A stretch of DNA of 64,000 bases from an uncultured Gammaproteobacteria bacterium. GTDB lineage: Bacteria > Pseudomonadota > Gammaproteobacteria > Eutrophobiales > Eutrophobiaceae. Both the position numbers and the translations under genes were made by a program. Shown here piece by piece: positions 10,508 through 20,347 of the stretch (its first letter is position 1; each line of letters begins with the position of its first letter). Location: assembly GCA_963976795.1 (NCBI GenBank), contig CAXBLT010000004.1:3979-67978 (forward strand). Reading direction: 5' to 3'. The notes under the pieces are model-generated. The model ran no database searches, was not told where the DNA came from, and saw only the letters and a program-made list of their open reading frames with translations.

Positions 10508-10577
10508 GACAATTCTCCCTAATAACTATTGAGTGATGAAACAAATATGTTTCAGTCGAGATTATATAAAATGGATG

Positions 10578-12710
10578 TTACAGATTGTTATTCGTTATAA
10601 CGTTTTTTTTTACATTTACTGTCCTTGTATCAACAGGCTGTTCTTTCGGAGGAGAAATCAAGTCGTTTAATATCTCCGCGGTTTCGTTTAGTAATATATC
10701 TATTGGTTCGTCCTCTTCATTATCTTCACCAGATGCTTCTAATTCGTCATCTATATCATCCAGAGGTGGCAGCCCTTTTTCAGCCCGCATAGCATTTTGA
10801 ATATCTTTTTTTGCAGTTAATAACTTTTCACGTTCTGTCTTGCGTTTACTCTCCAGTAATGAAATTTCCTTTTTATCACTAGCTTCACGTTTTACATTAA
10901 AGTCATCCATTAACAACTGAAATAATTTATTCTCTTTGATCCTTTTCTCGTGTTCAACTTTAGCAACTTCAAATCTATCTATAGGTGCACTTGTTGGATA
11001 GTATCGGGCTGGTTTAACTTGATCCCAAGGTAATGCGTTTTCGTAAGCACGTTCGCCTTGATCGGAAGAGTCTTCAGCTGTTGGAAAAATGATATCAGGT
11101 ACAACACCTTTATGTTGATTACTACCGCCGCTTACGCGGAAGAATTGTGCAATTGTGGTTTTTAAACGGCCGTGGTCTTCATTGCTTTCTTTAATAAAAC
11201 GGTTCAGATCAATGACATTTTGCACAGTGCCTTTGCCAAAGGTAGGTTCGCCAATAATGATACCTCTGCGATAATCCTGGATAGCACCAGCAAAAATTTC
11301 GGATGCTGATGCACTATTACGGTCCACTAAAACCGCTAATGGGCCAGGGTAGCTAATGCCAGGTTCTGGGTCATAATTAATATCAACCCTGCCAGATGCA
11401 TCTTTGGTTTGAACAACTGGACCTCTATCTATAAAGAGCCCGGTTAATTCTAATGCTTCAGATAATGAACCTCCCCCATTACCACGCAGGTCGATTATCA
11501 ATCCGGAAATATTTTCTTTAACCATAGATTTGATCAATTTACGTACATCACGCGAGGTGCTTTTATAATCTTTTTTTCCTTCTGCTTGCGCTGCAAAATC
11601 TATATAGAAAGTTGGGAGGTTGATTACCCCGATACGTGTATCTGTATCAGGCACATCGATAATACTTGAGCTGGCATCTTGCTCTTCAAGTTTTATCTCA
11701 TCGCGTGTCATGGTTACTATTTTAGATGTGCCTTCAACGCCGATATCTTTAGGTAATACTTCAAGTCTTATAATGCTGCCTTTGGGGCCACGAATAAGAT
11801 CAACCACATCATCCAGACGCCAGCCAATCACGTCAATTATCTTGCCATCCTTGTCTTGCCCAACACCAACAATCCTGTCATCTGCTTTTAACTCGTTGCT
11901 TAAGTCCGCAGGCCCACCTTTTATAATTTTGACGACTTGTGTGTAATCATTATCACCACGTAACACGGCTCCAATACCCTCTAATGATAAGCGCATGCTG
12001 ATATCGAAATTTTCTGATGTTCGTGGTGAAAAATAAGCAGTGTGAGGTTCTATAGCGGTGGTGTAGGCGTTAATAAACGATTGAAAAACATCGTTTGAGT
12101 TCAATTGTAAGGTGCTGGTAAGTATTCGGTTGTAGCGGTCTGTTAGCGTTTTTTTAATTTCATCAGGTTCTTTTTTTGCGAGTTTTAAATTCAAAACATC
12201 ATTTTTGACACGTTTAAACCAAAGCTTATTCAAATCAGCTTTGTTTGCAAACCAATCATCATCGCGGCGATCAAATCGATAGGTCTCATCAATATTGAAA
12301 TCAAAATCAGAGTCAATCGCACTCAGTGCAAATTGGATGCGTTCATCAACACGTTGACGATAACGCTTGAATATTTCAAAAGCAGGATCTAGGTCTGACC
12401 TGATAATGGCATTATCTATCGCGTATTTATACTGATCAAATTCATCAATATCTGTTTTCAGAAAATAGGCTTTGTTTTGATCAAGGTTTTCCAGGTAGTG
12501 CTTGTAAATTAATGCAGAAAGATTGTCATCTAATTCAGTTTTTTTATAATGATAGGTGGTTAAGATATGCGTTATTAATTCGTTTGCTCTTATATGTTTA
12601 CTTTCTGGTTCTAATTCTGTGGTAGGCACAGTTTTAATGTCTGCACATACATTAGAGAAGATCAAGATTAGTGCGCCAGCCAATATGAAGCGTTGTTTAA
12701 TATTTTTCAA
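10578..12710 (-). CDS. prc: carboxy-terminal processing (tail-specific) protease, S41 family
   Basis: 710 aa, signal peptide, PDZ region, S41 catalytic region SASASEIFAGAIQDY...GKGTVQ. Confidence 0.9.
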   Translation of the reverse strand: MKNIKQRFILAGALILIFSNVCADIKTVPTTELEPESKHIRANELITHILTTYHYKKTELDDNLSALIYKHYLENLDQNKAYFLKTDIDEFDQYKYAIDNAIIRSDLDPAFEIFKRYRQRVDERIQFALSAIDSDFDFNIDETYRFDRRDDDWFANKADLNKLWFKRVKNDVLNLKLAKKEPDEIKKTLTDRYNRILTSTLQLNSNDVFQSFINAYTTAIEPHTAYFSPRTSENFDISMRLSLEGIGAVLRGDNDYTQVVKIIKGGPADLSNELKADDRIVGVGQDKDGKIIDVIGWRLDDVVDLIRGPKGSIIRLEVLPKDIGVEGTSKIVTMTRDEIKLEEQDASSSIIDVPDTDTRIGVINLPTFYIDFAAQAEGKKDYKSTSRDVRKLIKSMVKENISGLIIDLRGNGGGSLSEALELTGLFIDRGPVVQTKDASGRVDINYDPEPGISYPGPLAVLVDRNSASASEIFAGAIQDYRRGIIIGEPTFGKGTVQNVIDLNRFIKESNEDHGRLKTTIAQFFRVSGGSNQHKGVVPDIIFPTAEDSSDQGERAYENALPWDQVKPARYYPTSAPIDRFEVAKVEHEKRIKENKLFQLLMDDFNVKREASDKKEISLLESKRKTEREKLLTAKKDIQNAMRAEKGLPPLDDIDDELEASGEDNEEDEPIDILLNETAEILNDLISPPKEQPVDTRTVNVKKNVITNNNL

Positions 12711-12874
12711 GATAAGTAATACTCGGTCTGTCTATGAATGAGGATGGGTATTTATCTACTAATGACCATCAGTACAAGTATAAGTGCAATCTAGTATTAA
12801 GCATTAATTTATGAGCAGTATGAACGTTCACTAAACTGAGCTTTCATGCCCATAGGAACAGGGACACGCAATAT

Positions 12875-13339
12875 TTATTCAAATCTGGCCAAACCTTCGT
12901 TGGAGCTGATATTTTTGATTAAATCTTCAACTTTATTGGCTTTTTCTGCATCACCGCCTAAAAAGCCAGGCGCTTCCCGGTAGTAATCCCTTAGGTCATC
13001 CAGAATATCAATGTTTTGGCTGTCCAGTTCCGCAGCGATTTCGAGATGGACCAGGGTTTTCTTTGCATAATTGACGGCTTTGAACCAGTTCGTTCTTTCA
13101 GCTTCACGACCATAGCTTTTTGCTAAAATATGATGATATTCAGCAACTTGTGGCTCTATTTCGACTGCAAGCTCAAGTTTTTTTATGGCTTCACTGTATT
13201 TTTCATCTTCATAATGAGCCAAGCCGCTCTTGAAATAGCTCTCAGATTCTGAGTTGGCAATTACATTTGCCGTCAAGGTAAAAACGCATAGCAGTATGAT
13301 AAACAGCTTGTGCTGGCAGGTTTTTATGGACATTTTCAT
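12875..13339 (-). CDS. secreted TPR-repeat protein
   Basis: Signal peptide starting at MKMSIKT...; TPR-like repeats (YFKSGLAHYEDEKYSEAIKKLELAVEIEP). The track ORF extends to 13393. Confidence 0.6.
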   Translation of the reverse strand: MKMSIKTCQHKLFIILLCVFTLTANVIANSESESYFKSGLAHYEDEKYSEAIKKLELAVEIEPQVAEYHHILAKSYGREAERTNWFKAVNYAKKTLVHLEIAAELDSQNIDILDDLRDYYREAPGFLGGDAEKANKVEDLIKNISSNEGLARFE

Positions 13340-13435
13340 AGGGTTGTAGAGTATAACTCTATTATTTTGTTCTGATAAAGTTAAAAATAACATATTAAAT
13401 CGCTCATAAACATAGAATAACCATCATTTTTTATA

Positions 13436-14256
13436 ATGAACCTATTATCAAGCCCGTACTCATCTATACGGGTAAAGCTCATCATATTATTTTTTATCCT
13501 GAGTGTGTTTTTACGATTTCAAAAATAACGACGTCTACAGAAAAGCAATTGTCGGAAAGAGACATTATTCAGGCCAGGAATTATGCGGCTCTTTGGCACT
13601 CTGAGTTTAACGTAATAACAAGTCTAGCAAGTGTTAATACTGCTTTGAAAAAGAGACCTCAGAAAACGGGTCAACTTATTTTTACAAGACTAGTGCAGTA
13701 GGAATTGATTCTCTTGCATTATAATGAAACGAGGGATTTGAGTGGTATTTAGAAACACAAGTCGCCGGAGAAACTATTTAGTCTGAGCCTTACATTGATG
13801 CGTCATCAAAGCGGAATATTAAAGGGGGCCGTTACAGCACCTTTATACCTTGAAAATGAGTTTGCAGGTTTCAGTTTTTATCGATATTAAATCAACTCTT
13901 GATACAAGATCGGGAACAGCTAATGTTCGTTACGGTATTTGTTGCTGAATATAATATTAGTGATGGAACCTTGTGTTATGCCAATGGTGGACATGTTAGA
14001 AGATGCGGAGTTTGATGAAGGGACTTTAAAACTCAAAAAAGACGAAACGATTGTTTTGCACACTGATGGAATTTTAGAAGCACGTCATCCGGAGGGTGAG
14101 TTTTTCGGAGAACGTCATTTTGAAATAGTATTATCAGCCAATGCAGAAATGAGTCTTTTTGAACTCTGTGATTCTGCATTGGCGACTGTAAAAGCATATC
14201 AGGCTAATAAACTAAGTGATGATGTCATCGTATTAGCATTAAGAAAACGTAACTAA
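13436..14256 (+). pseudogene. decayed Cache-sensor / SpoIIE-RsbU PP2C phosphatase gene remnant
   Basis: Fragments lie in different frames: an N-terminal TM (MNLLSSPYSSIRVKLIILFFILSVFL), a Cache-like piece (WYLETQVAGETI*SEPYIDASSKRNIKGG), and a PP2C piece ending YANGGH. A frame shift then leads into the 105-aa ORF with IVLHTDGILEA...DDVIVLALRK. Confidence 0.6.
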
Positions 14257-14260
14257 ATTT

Positions 14261-14932
14261 TTATTTAATCTCAATAAGTTCGATATCAAATAATAAAGTG
14301 GAGTTGGGTCCTATAGCACCACCAGCACCACGCTGACCATATGCTAGATCTGAGGGCACAACGATTTGCCATTTAGAGCCGACGTTCATTAACGGCAATG
14401 TTTCTTGCCAACCTTTTATAACCTGACCAACACCCAGTTCGACAGGTTCGCCACGGGCGTAGGAGCTATCGAATTCAGTACCATCAATGAGTGTGCCACG
14501 ATAATGAACAAGTACTTTGCTGCTACTAGAAGGTTTTTCCCCTGTGCCTGCGGTTATCACCTTGTATTGCAGTCCACTGGCTGTTTCTGTAACGCCTTCT
14601 TTTGTTTTGTTTTCAACTAAATATTTTTCTCCATTGACCTTGTTTGTGCTCGATTGGTTTTTTTGTCTGTCTTGTTCCGCTTTTTGAAAATCTTGCATGA
14701 TAACTTGCATGTCATCTTTGCTCAGTTTTAGTTCTGAACTTGAGAGGACATCTTCGATAGCTTGTAAAAAAGCAGGGGCGTCCAGTTCCATTCCTTGGCG
14801 GTTGACGTTTTCACCAAAGACTACGCCCAGTGTATAGCTGATCTTTTCCAGGTCAGTTTCTACTTTTGCTGCATATACATTTAGAAAAGTAAAACTTAAA
14901 ATTAAAACAAAAGCAGATTTAAAGATTTTCAT
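14261..14932 (-). CDS. fkpA: FKBP-type peptidyl-prolyl cis-trans isomerase (FkpA/Mip-like), secreted
   Basis: Signal peptide, N-terminal dimerisation helix, C-terminal FKBP domain (VHYRGTLIDGTEFDSS...LLFDIELIEI). Start placed at the ATG with GAGG upstream. Confidence 0.9.
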   Translation of the reverse strand: MKIFKSAFVLILSFTFLNVYAAKVETDLEKISYTLGVVFGENVNRQGMELDAPAFLQAIEDVLSSSELKLSKDDMQVIMQDFQKAEQDRQKNQSSTNKVNGEKYLVENKTKEGVTETASGLQYKVITAGTGEKPSSSSKVLVHYRGTLIDGTEFDSSYARGEPVELGVGQVIKGWQETLPLMNVGSKWQIVVPSDLAYGQRGAGGAIGPNSTLLFDIELIEIK

Positions 14933-15035
14933 AAAGACCTCAATGTAGATTAAATGTTTTGTAGTGGTGGAAATGAGAACATACTCCCACAAAACTATGA
15001 GTCAGCCAACCCGATATTAGTTCTATCTTACTTTT

Positions 15036-16022
15036 TCAAGAGGGGAGTTTAGAAACAGTTTGGATAACATTATCGAGGAACTGAGTCGCATTTATCTCTT
15101 TAGGGATAGAGTCTGACAGCATCCGACGATACTGGCGTGCACCTGGCTGGCCTTGATAAAGCCCAATGACATGACGAGTTAGACTTTTTATATTAAATCC
15201 CCGGTCGATTTGCTCGACTGCATAATCTTTAAATTTACCCAGTATTTCTTCTCGCGTTTGTAGTGGGGAGTCGTCCCCATAAAAAAGCTTGTCTGCTTCG
15301 ATCAACATAAAGGGGTTTTGATAAGCTGCTCTGCCAATCATAACGCCATCTACATGCTCTAATTGAGACTTGATTCGCGTCAATTCGGTAAAACCACCAT
15401 TGATGGTTATATTTAAGGATGGGAATTGCTGTTTTATTTTATGAACGCGCTCATAGTTTAGCGGTGGAATTTCTCTGTTTTGTTTGGGACTCAGCCCATT
15501 CAATATGGCTTTTCTCGCATGAATTATAAATGTATTGCAGCCTGCTTCACTAACAGTCTTGATGAATTCCTCTAGGAATTCATATGAATCCTGCTCATCA
15601 ATACCAATTCGTGTTTTTACTGTGACAGGAATTTTCACGGTAGATTGGATCTTATTTACGCAATCACTGACGAGTTCTGTATTTGACATCAAGCAAGCAC
15701 CAAATTGACCATTTTGTACACGGTCACTCGGACAACCAATATTTAAATTAACTTCGTCATAGCCTTCGCCTTCGGAAATATGTGCGCATTCGGCTAGTTC
15801 AACCGGGTTATTTCCTCCCAATTGAATCGCTAAGGGATGCTCAATCTCGTTGTAATCCAGAAATCGTTTACGGTCTCCATGTATCAATGCGCCGGTAGTT
15901 ATCATTTCTGTATAAAGCACGGCATGTTTTGACAGCAGACGCATAAAATACCGAAAGTGTTTATCGGTGTGATCCATCATGGGCGCAATTGAAAGGCATC
16001 TGTCTATTTGGCTTATGCGCAT
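15036..16022 (-). CDS. dusA: tRNA-dihydrouridine synthase A
   Basis: SIAPMMDHTDKHFRYF N-terminus and TIM-barrel Dus motifs. Confidence 0.9.
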   Translation of the reverse strand: MRISQIDRCLSIAPMMDHTDKHFRYFMRLLSKHAVLYTEMITTGALIHGDRKRFLDYNEIEHPLAIQLGGNNPVELAECAHISEGEGYDEVNLNIGCPSDRVQNGQFGACLMSNTELVSDCVNKIQSTVKIPVTVKTRIGIDEQDSYEFLEEFIKTVSEAGCNTFIIHARKAILNGLSPKQNREIPPLNYERVHKIKQQFPSLNITINGGFTELTRIKSQLEHVDGVMIGRAAYQNPFMLIEADKLFYGDDSPLQTREEILGKFKDYAVEQIDRGFNIKSLTRHVIGLYQGQPGARQYRRMLSDSIPKEINATQFLDNVIQTVSKLPS

Positions 16023-16028
16023 ATTAAT

Positions 16029-16700
16029 TTAACTTGAAACTGTTTTGGAGATAATTGTATGGGTGAAAGAAGGACGTAGATAAAAACCACGAGGTAGCGT
16101 TAATTTATTCTCGGCTGATTGGTTTTTATCTTTAGTTAAGCTTTTGGAATGAGCTGCTTTAGGTCTAATTTGCAAATACTTTCCCATGGAGGAACTAATC
16201 TTGTCTATATTTCCCAACACGATCATGTCACAGAGTTCCTGCCAATCATCTTTTAACTGTTTTTCCTGCGTTATACTTGGTTGCCATAATATAGGTGAGC
16301 CTATTCGCCGCAAAGGAACAGGAATGTTCTTGTTTGCTTCAAAAGGGATCCATAATACTTCTGTCAACTTACATTTTACCAGTGATGATTCCCAGGAAGA
16401 CAGGGCGATCGGGTCGAGTTGTGTAACACAGATGTAAGTTGATTCTTTAGGTTTACCATTTCCATCAATAGGAATTGATTTTAATTCGATACCTAAATTC
16501 ACAAAATCAGGTTCTGGAGCACTAGCGGCACTTGCACCAAGTGAACGTTCTAACAAATTACCAAACCAACCTTTCGCATGGGTCGTAGATTGAGGAATAG
16601 GGACAGCCATTCTATTTGCGAGTTGTTGGATTGTCAGTCCTGCTATATTTTTTGCTCGTTCTAGTAATTCTAACCTGCTATCAGGTGGAGAGAGATGCAT
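16029..16700 (-). CDS. mutH: DNA mismatch repair endonuclease MutH
   Basis: 223 aa; GWFGNLLERSLG, EPDF..LGIELKSIP motifs as in MutH. Confidence 0.85.
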   Translation of the reverse strand: MHLSPPDSRLELLERAKNIAGLTIQQLANRMAVPIPQSTTHAKGWFGNLLERSLGASAASAPEPDFVNLGIELKSIPIDGNGKPKESTYICVTQLDPIALSSWESSLVKCKLTEVLWIPFEANKNIPVPLRRIGSPILWQPSITQEKQLKDDWQELCDMIVLGNIDKISSSMGKYLQIRPKAAHSKSLTKDKNQSAENKLTLPRGFYLRPSFTHTIISKTVSS

Positions 16701-16725
16701 AAAATGGAGCTAGGGAATTAAGAGG

Positions 16726-19371
16726 TCAAGAAAGCGCATCAATAATTGAGTTCCTGAGACATTCAAATTTCAATGGATCTTCGATCATTTTATTTTCATC
16801 ATTTTGTAGATAAAAGATATCTTCCGCACGTTCTCCATAAGTTGCAATTTTTGCATTCTGTAATTTAGCACCACACATATCCATAGCCATGCCTATTCGT
16901 GAAAGTACTCCAGGACGATCAATAGTACTTATTTCCATAATAGTTCTATTATTTTTTTCGTCCGTTTCGAAGGTGATATGTGTCGGTATGTTAAAACTTT
17001 TTAATTGTCTCTTTTCAAGCCAATTACCTTCCTCCACTTTAGCTGATGTGGATTTCAATTCTTTTAATATTCGATTTTTTACTTCATTGCTTCGATCATT
17101 ATTCTTAATCGGCGCACCATCATTTTCTAAAACGGCAAAGGTATCTAGTGTAAAACCTTTTCGATTAGTAATGATTTTTGCATCTACAACAGTAAGCCCC
17201 AGTTTTTCAATTGCTCTGGTTGTTGTAGCGAATATATTTTTTCTGTCTTGCATGTAGACAAATATAAGACTTCCTCCACGACTGGATTTTTTCATGACCA
17301 GCACTAATGGGTCTGATTTATTTTTATGTTTGAGGATGCCTTCTGTATGCCAGGCAACCTCATCTGAATTATGTCTGAGAAAATAATCTTCCCCAACGGT
17401 TTTCCAAAGATTAAGAATGCTTTGTTCGAGCATATCTTTGTCAGCGATCAATGCTAATGAATCTTGCTTGGTATCTTTAATACGTTCTTTTTTAAGTATA
17501 GGTTTTTCATTGCCACGCCTTAATTCATATAAGGTACGTTGATAAAGATTTGTTAATTGTGTTGATTTCCAGCTATTCCAAAGCTCAGGGTTAGTGCCAC
17601 AGATATCTGCCACTGTCAGTATATAGAGGTAATTCAAATGCGTTTGATCGCGCATTTCATTGGCAAATCTTTTTATGACATCGGGGTCATCGATGTCTTC
17701 ACGTTGGGCAGTTTTACTGATTAACAGGTGTTTCTCTACTAGCCAGGCGACAAGTTTTGAGTCGTAATCACTCAATTGATGTGTCTTGCAAAAGGTAAGA
17801 GCATCTTTTATACCTAATTTGGCATGATCTCCACCGCGTCCTTTTGCAATATCATGAAATAAACCAGCAAGGTAAAGTAGCTCTAGTTTTGGTAGTTTCT
17901 TGGTGATGCTATTGCAGATAGGAAATCTTTCTTTGTATTCGTCCGTCCCAAACAATCTGAGATTTTGAATGACAGTTAATATATGTTCATCAACAGTAAA
18001 GATGTGAAATAAATCAAATTGCATTTGCCCCTCGATCGCGGCGAAGGTCGGCATATACGCGCCTAAAACACCATAACGATGCATCATTCTAAGCTTGTGT
18101 CCTACCAGGTTTGGTTGCTTTATTATTTCTATAAACAGACTTTGGTTACGGATATCATTTCTAAAATAATCGTCTATTAGATGCAGGTTGTTTCTAATAA
18201 GTCGAATAGTGCTGGCTCGAACACCTTTAATTGTTGGGTCTTGTTGGCTAAGCAAAAAGATTTCAAAAAGTGCAAACGGGTATCGTTTGAAAATATTTTT
18301 ATTAACGACTTCGATAAAATTATTTCTTTTTTGGAAGCGCGGGTTTATCGAAATAATTTTTTCTCTACGTTTTTTATATATGATTTCTTCTTGAAAGTGA
18401 TGTAGCAACATTTCATTCAAGCGACTGATTTCTCGTATCGACTGGAAATACATTTTCATGAACTCCTCGATACCTTTATTATCTTTACTGATGAAGCCCA
18501 TCAACTCTGCTACAGGTCTTTGAAACTCAAAAAGCAGTCTGTCTTCGCGTCGACCTGTTGTCATATGCAAAGCAAAACGAACGCGCCAAAGTAAGTTGCG
18601 GCCTGATTCAAGCAGGCTGTATTCGTCCTTGGTAAGGAATTTATGTTTCACGAGACTGTTTAAGTCGATGTTGTCAAAATGACGTTTGGCGACCCAGCTT
18701 ATCATCTGGATATCTCTTAACCCGCCCGGGGATTCTTTTATATTAGGTTCAAGCTTGCTTTCTGAATCATTGTATTTTTCATGACGTGCTTTTTGTTCTA
18801 TTAACTTATGTTCAAAGTATTTGCGTGCCGGCCAGATTTTTTTAGGGTTTGTCGCTTTACGCATTTTTTCGTAAAGTTTTTCATTGCCGCAAAGCAATCT
18901 GGATTCCATGATGTTAGTCATGATCGTAATATCATTTTTCGCTTCATGCTGACATTCCGCTACAGTTCTTACGCTATGACCGACCTCAAGACCAAAGTCC
19001 CATAAAAAAGTTAGAAATGCCGGTAACTGTTCTTTAGCGTCTTTATTTGTCCAACGTTTTTCAAGGATCATCAGGTCTATATCTGATGCCAGAGACAATT
19101 CAAAACGACCATAGCCGCCTACCGCAACCAGAGAGAAATTTTCGGAATCAACATGAAGTTGCCAGGCAAGAACAAGTAGTTGATCGATGAACCAACCTTG
19201 CTTTTTTACGATGAGATTAATGTTTTCGCCAGATTTAAATTGCTCGGTGAGGTAATCGTAACCCTCCTGTAGGGTTTTCTTAAAAATGGTTAATGGTTGT
19301 TTGTTCTGTTTAAGCTTTTGTGAAAATTGAGACTTATCAAACAAAAATTTATCCGCGATAATATTTTCCAT
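16726..19371 (-). CDS. glnD: bifunctional [protein-PII] uridylyltransferase/uridylyl-removing enzyme
   Basis: 881 aa; nucleotidyltransferase (GGYGRFEL..SDIDL), HD domain, two C-terminal ACT domains. Confidence 0.95.
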   Translation of the reverse strand: MENIIADKFLFDKSQFSQKLKQNKQPLTIFKKTLQEGYDYLTEQFKSGENINLIVKKQGWFIDQLLVLAWQLHVDSENFSLVAVGGYGRFELSLASDIDLMILEKRWTNKDAKEQLPAFLTFLWDFGLEVGHSVRTVAECQHEAKNDITIMTNIMESRLLCGNEKLYEKMRKATNPKKIWPARKYFEHKLIEQKARHEKYNDSESKLEPNIKESPGGLRDIQMISWVAKRHFDNIDLNSLVKHKFLTKDEYSLLESGRNLLWRVRFALHMTTGRREDRLLFEFQRPVAELMGFISKDNKGIEEFMKMYFQSIREISRLNEMLLHHFQEEIIYKKRREKIISINPRFQKRNNFIEVVNKNIFKRYPFALFEIFLLSQQDPTIKGVRASTIRLIRNNLHLIDDYFRNDIRNQSLFIEIIKQPNLVGHKLRMMHRYGVLGAYMPTFAAIEGQMQFDLFHIFTVDEHILTVIQNLRLFGTDEYKERFPICNSITKKLPKLELLYLAGLFHDIAKGRGGDHAKLGIKDALTFCKTHQLSDYDSKLVAWLVEKHLLISKTAQREDIDDPDVIKRFANEMRDQTHLNYLYILTVADICGTNPELWNSWKSTQLTNLYQRTLYELRRGNEKPILKKERIKDTKQDSLALIADKDMLEQSILNLWKTVGEDYFLRHNSDEVAWHTEGILKHKNKSDPLVLVMKKSSRGGSLIFVYMQDRKNIFATTTRAIEKLGLTVVDAKIITNRKGFTLDTFAVLENDGAPIKNNDRSNEVKNRILKELKSTSAKVEEGNWLEKRQLKSFNIPTHITFETDEKNNRTIMEISTIDRPGVLSRIGMAMDMCGAKLQNAKIATYGERAEDIFYLQNDENKMIEDPLKFECLRNSIIDALS

Positions 19372-19377
19372 TATTAA

Positions 19378-20145
19378 TTAATATTCCTCATCAGGACGGA
19401 GAGTTAACACTTCATAACCGTCGTCTGTAACAAGAACTGTATGTTCCCACTGTGCGGATAAACTTCGATCTCGAGTTACCACAGTCCAATCATCAGATAA
19501 TAATTTAACATCACGTTTACCTAAATTGATCATCGGTTCGATAGTAATGGTCATGCCTGCTTCTAGTTTGAAACCGGTATTAGGTTTGCCGTAGTGCACA
19601 ATTTGCGGGTCTTCATGGAAACCCTTGCCAATGCCGTGGCCACAGTATTCTCGAACCACAGAGCAGTGATTGCTTTCTGCCAATGATTGTATCGCATGGC
19701 CTATGTCACCTAGGCAAACGCCAGCACGGACTAATTGAATGCCTCTTTTCATACATTCATAAGTGATTTCTACTAGTCTTTTGGCTCGGATGGATGGTTC
19801 ACCAACATAAAACATCTTGCTGGTATCACCATGATAGCCATCTTTTATGACTGTAATATCTATATTAATGATATCGCCATCCTTCAGTTTTTTGTCGCCG
19901 GGTATCCCGTGGCAGACAACATGATTAACGGAGGTACATATTGATTTAGGAAATCCGTGGTAATTTAGGGGGGCCGGGATAGCTTGTTGTTCATTTACGA
20001 TGTAATCGTGGCAAATCTGATCAAGTTCTCCGGTGGTCATGCCACTTTGTACTTTGGGGCCGATCATTTCGAGTACTTCAGCAGCGAGCCGCCCAGCTAC
20101 GCGCATTTTTTCAATTTCGTCGGCAGTTTTAATAGTTGCAGTCAT
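19378..20145 (-). CDS. map: type I methionine aminopeptidase
   Basis: Canonical MetAP-I sequence (FPKSICTSVNHVVCHGIP, DITVIKDGYHGD, HGIG). Confidence 0.95.
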   Translation of the reverse strand: MTATIKTADEIEKMRVAGRLAAEVLEMIGPKVQSGMTTGELDQICHDYIVNEQQAIPAPLNYHGFPKSICTSVNHVVCHGIPGDKKLKDGDIINIDITVIKDGYHGDTSKMFYVGEPSIRAKRLVEITYECMKRGIQLVRAGVCLGDIGHAIQSLAESNHCSVVREYCGHGIGKGFHEDPQIVHYGKPNTGFKLEAGMTITIEPMINLGKRDVKLLSDDWTVVTRDRSLSAQWEHTVLVTDDGYEVLTLRPDEEY

Positions 20146-20197
20146 AGATTCAGTAGTCCATTTATGGGCTTAGGTAATTGTTGTTGTATATGTTCTA

Positions 20198-20347
20198 TGG
20201 TATAAAGCGTCCGCGATTTTCGCAAATACATTAATTAACCGTCACACGCATGCTTTAACCATATATAGGGTGCCTGCCAGGAAACTGTTTTTGGTAGGTT
20301 GGTATATGGGGAATGCGGAGGCTTAACCCTAAACAGGAGAACTTAAC
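20198..20347 (+). promoter_or_regulatory. candidate extended -10 promoter (TGGTATAAA) and structured 5' leader of rpsB-tsf
   Basis: TGGTATAAA at 20198-20206 resembles the extended -10 rpsB promoter as I recall it from E. coli. It is followed by a leader of about 140 nt with GC-rich segments (GGGTGCCTGCCAGG). Confidence 0.4.

Noticed and set aside
10341-10532. A 63-aa plus-strand ORF upstream of the dehydrogenase gene.
   Set aside because: It is the antisense shadow of the real N-terminal coding region of the dehydrogenase gene (GDGIGPE motif on the minus strand).
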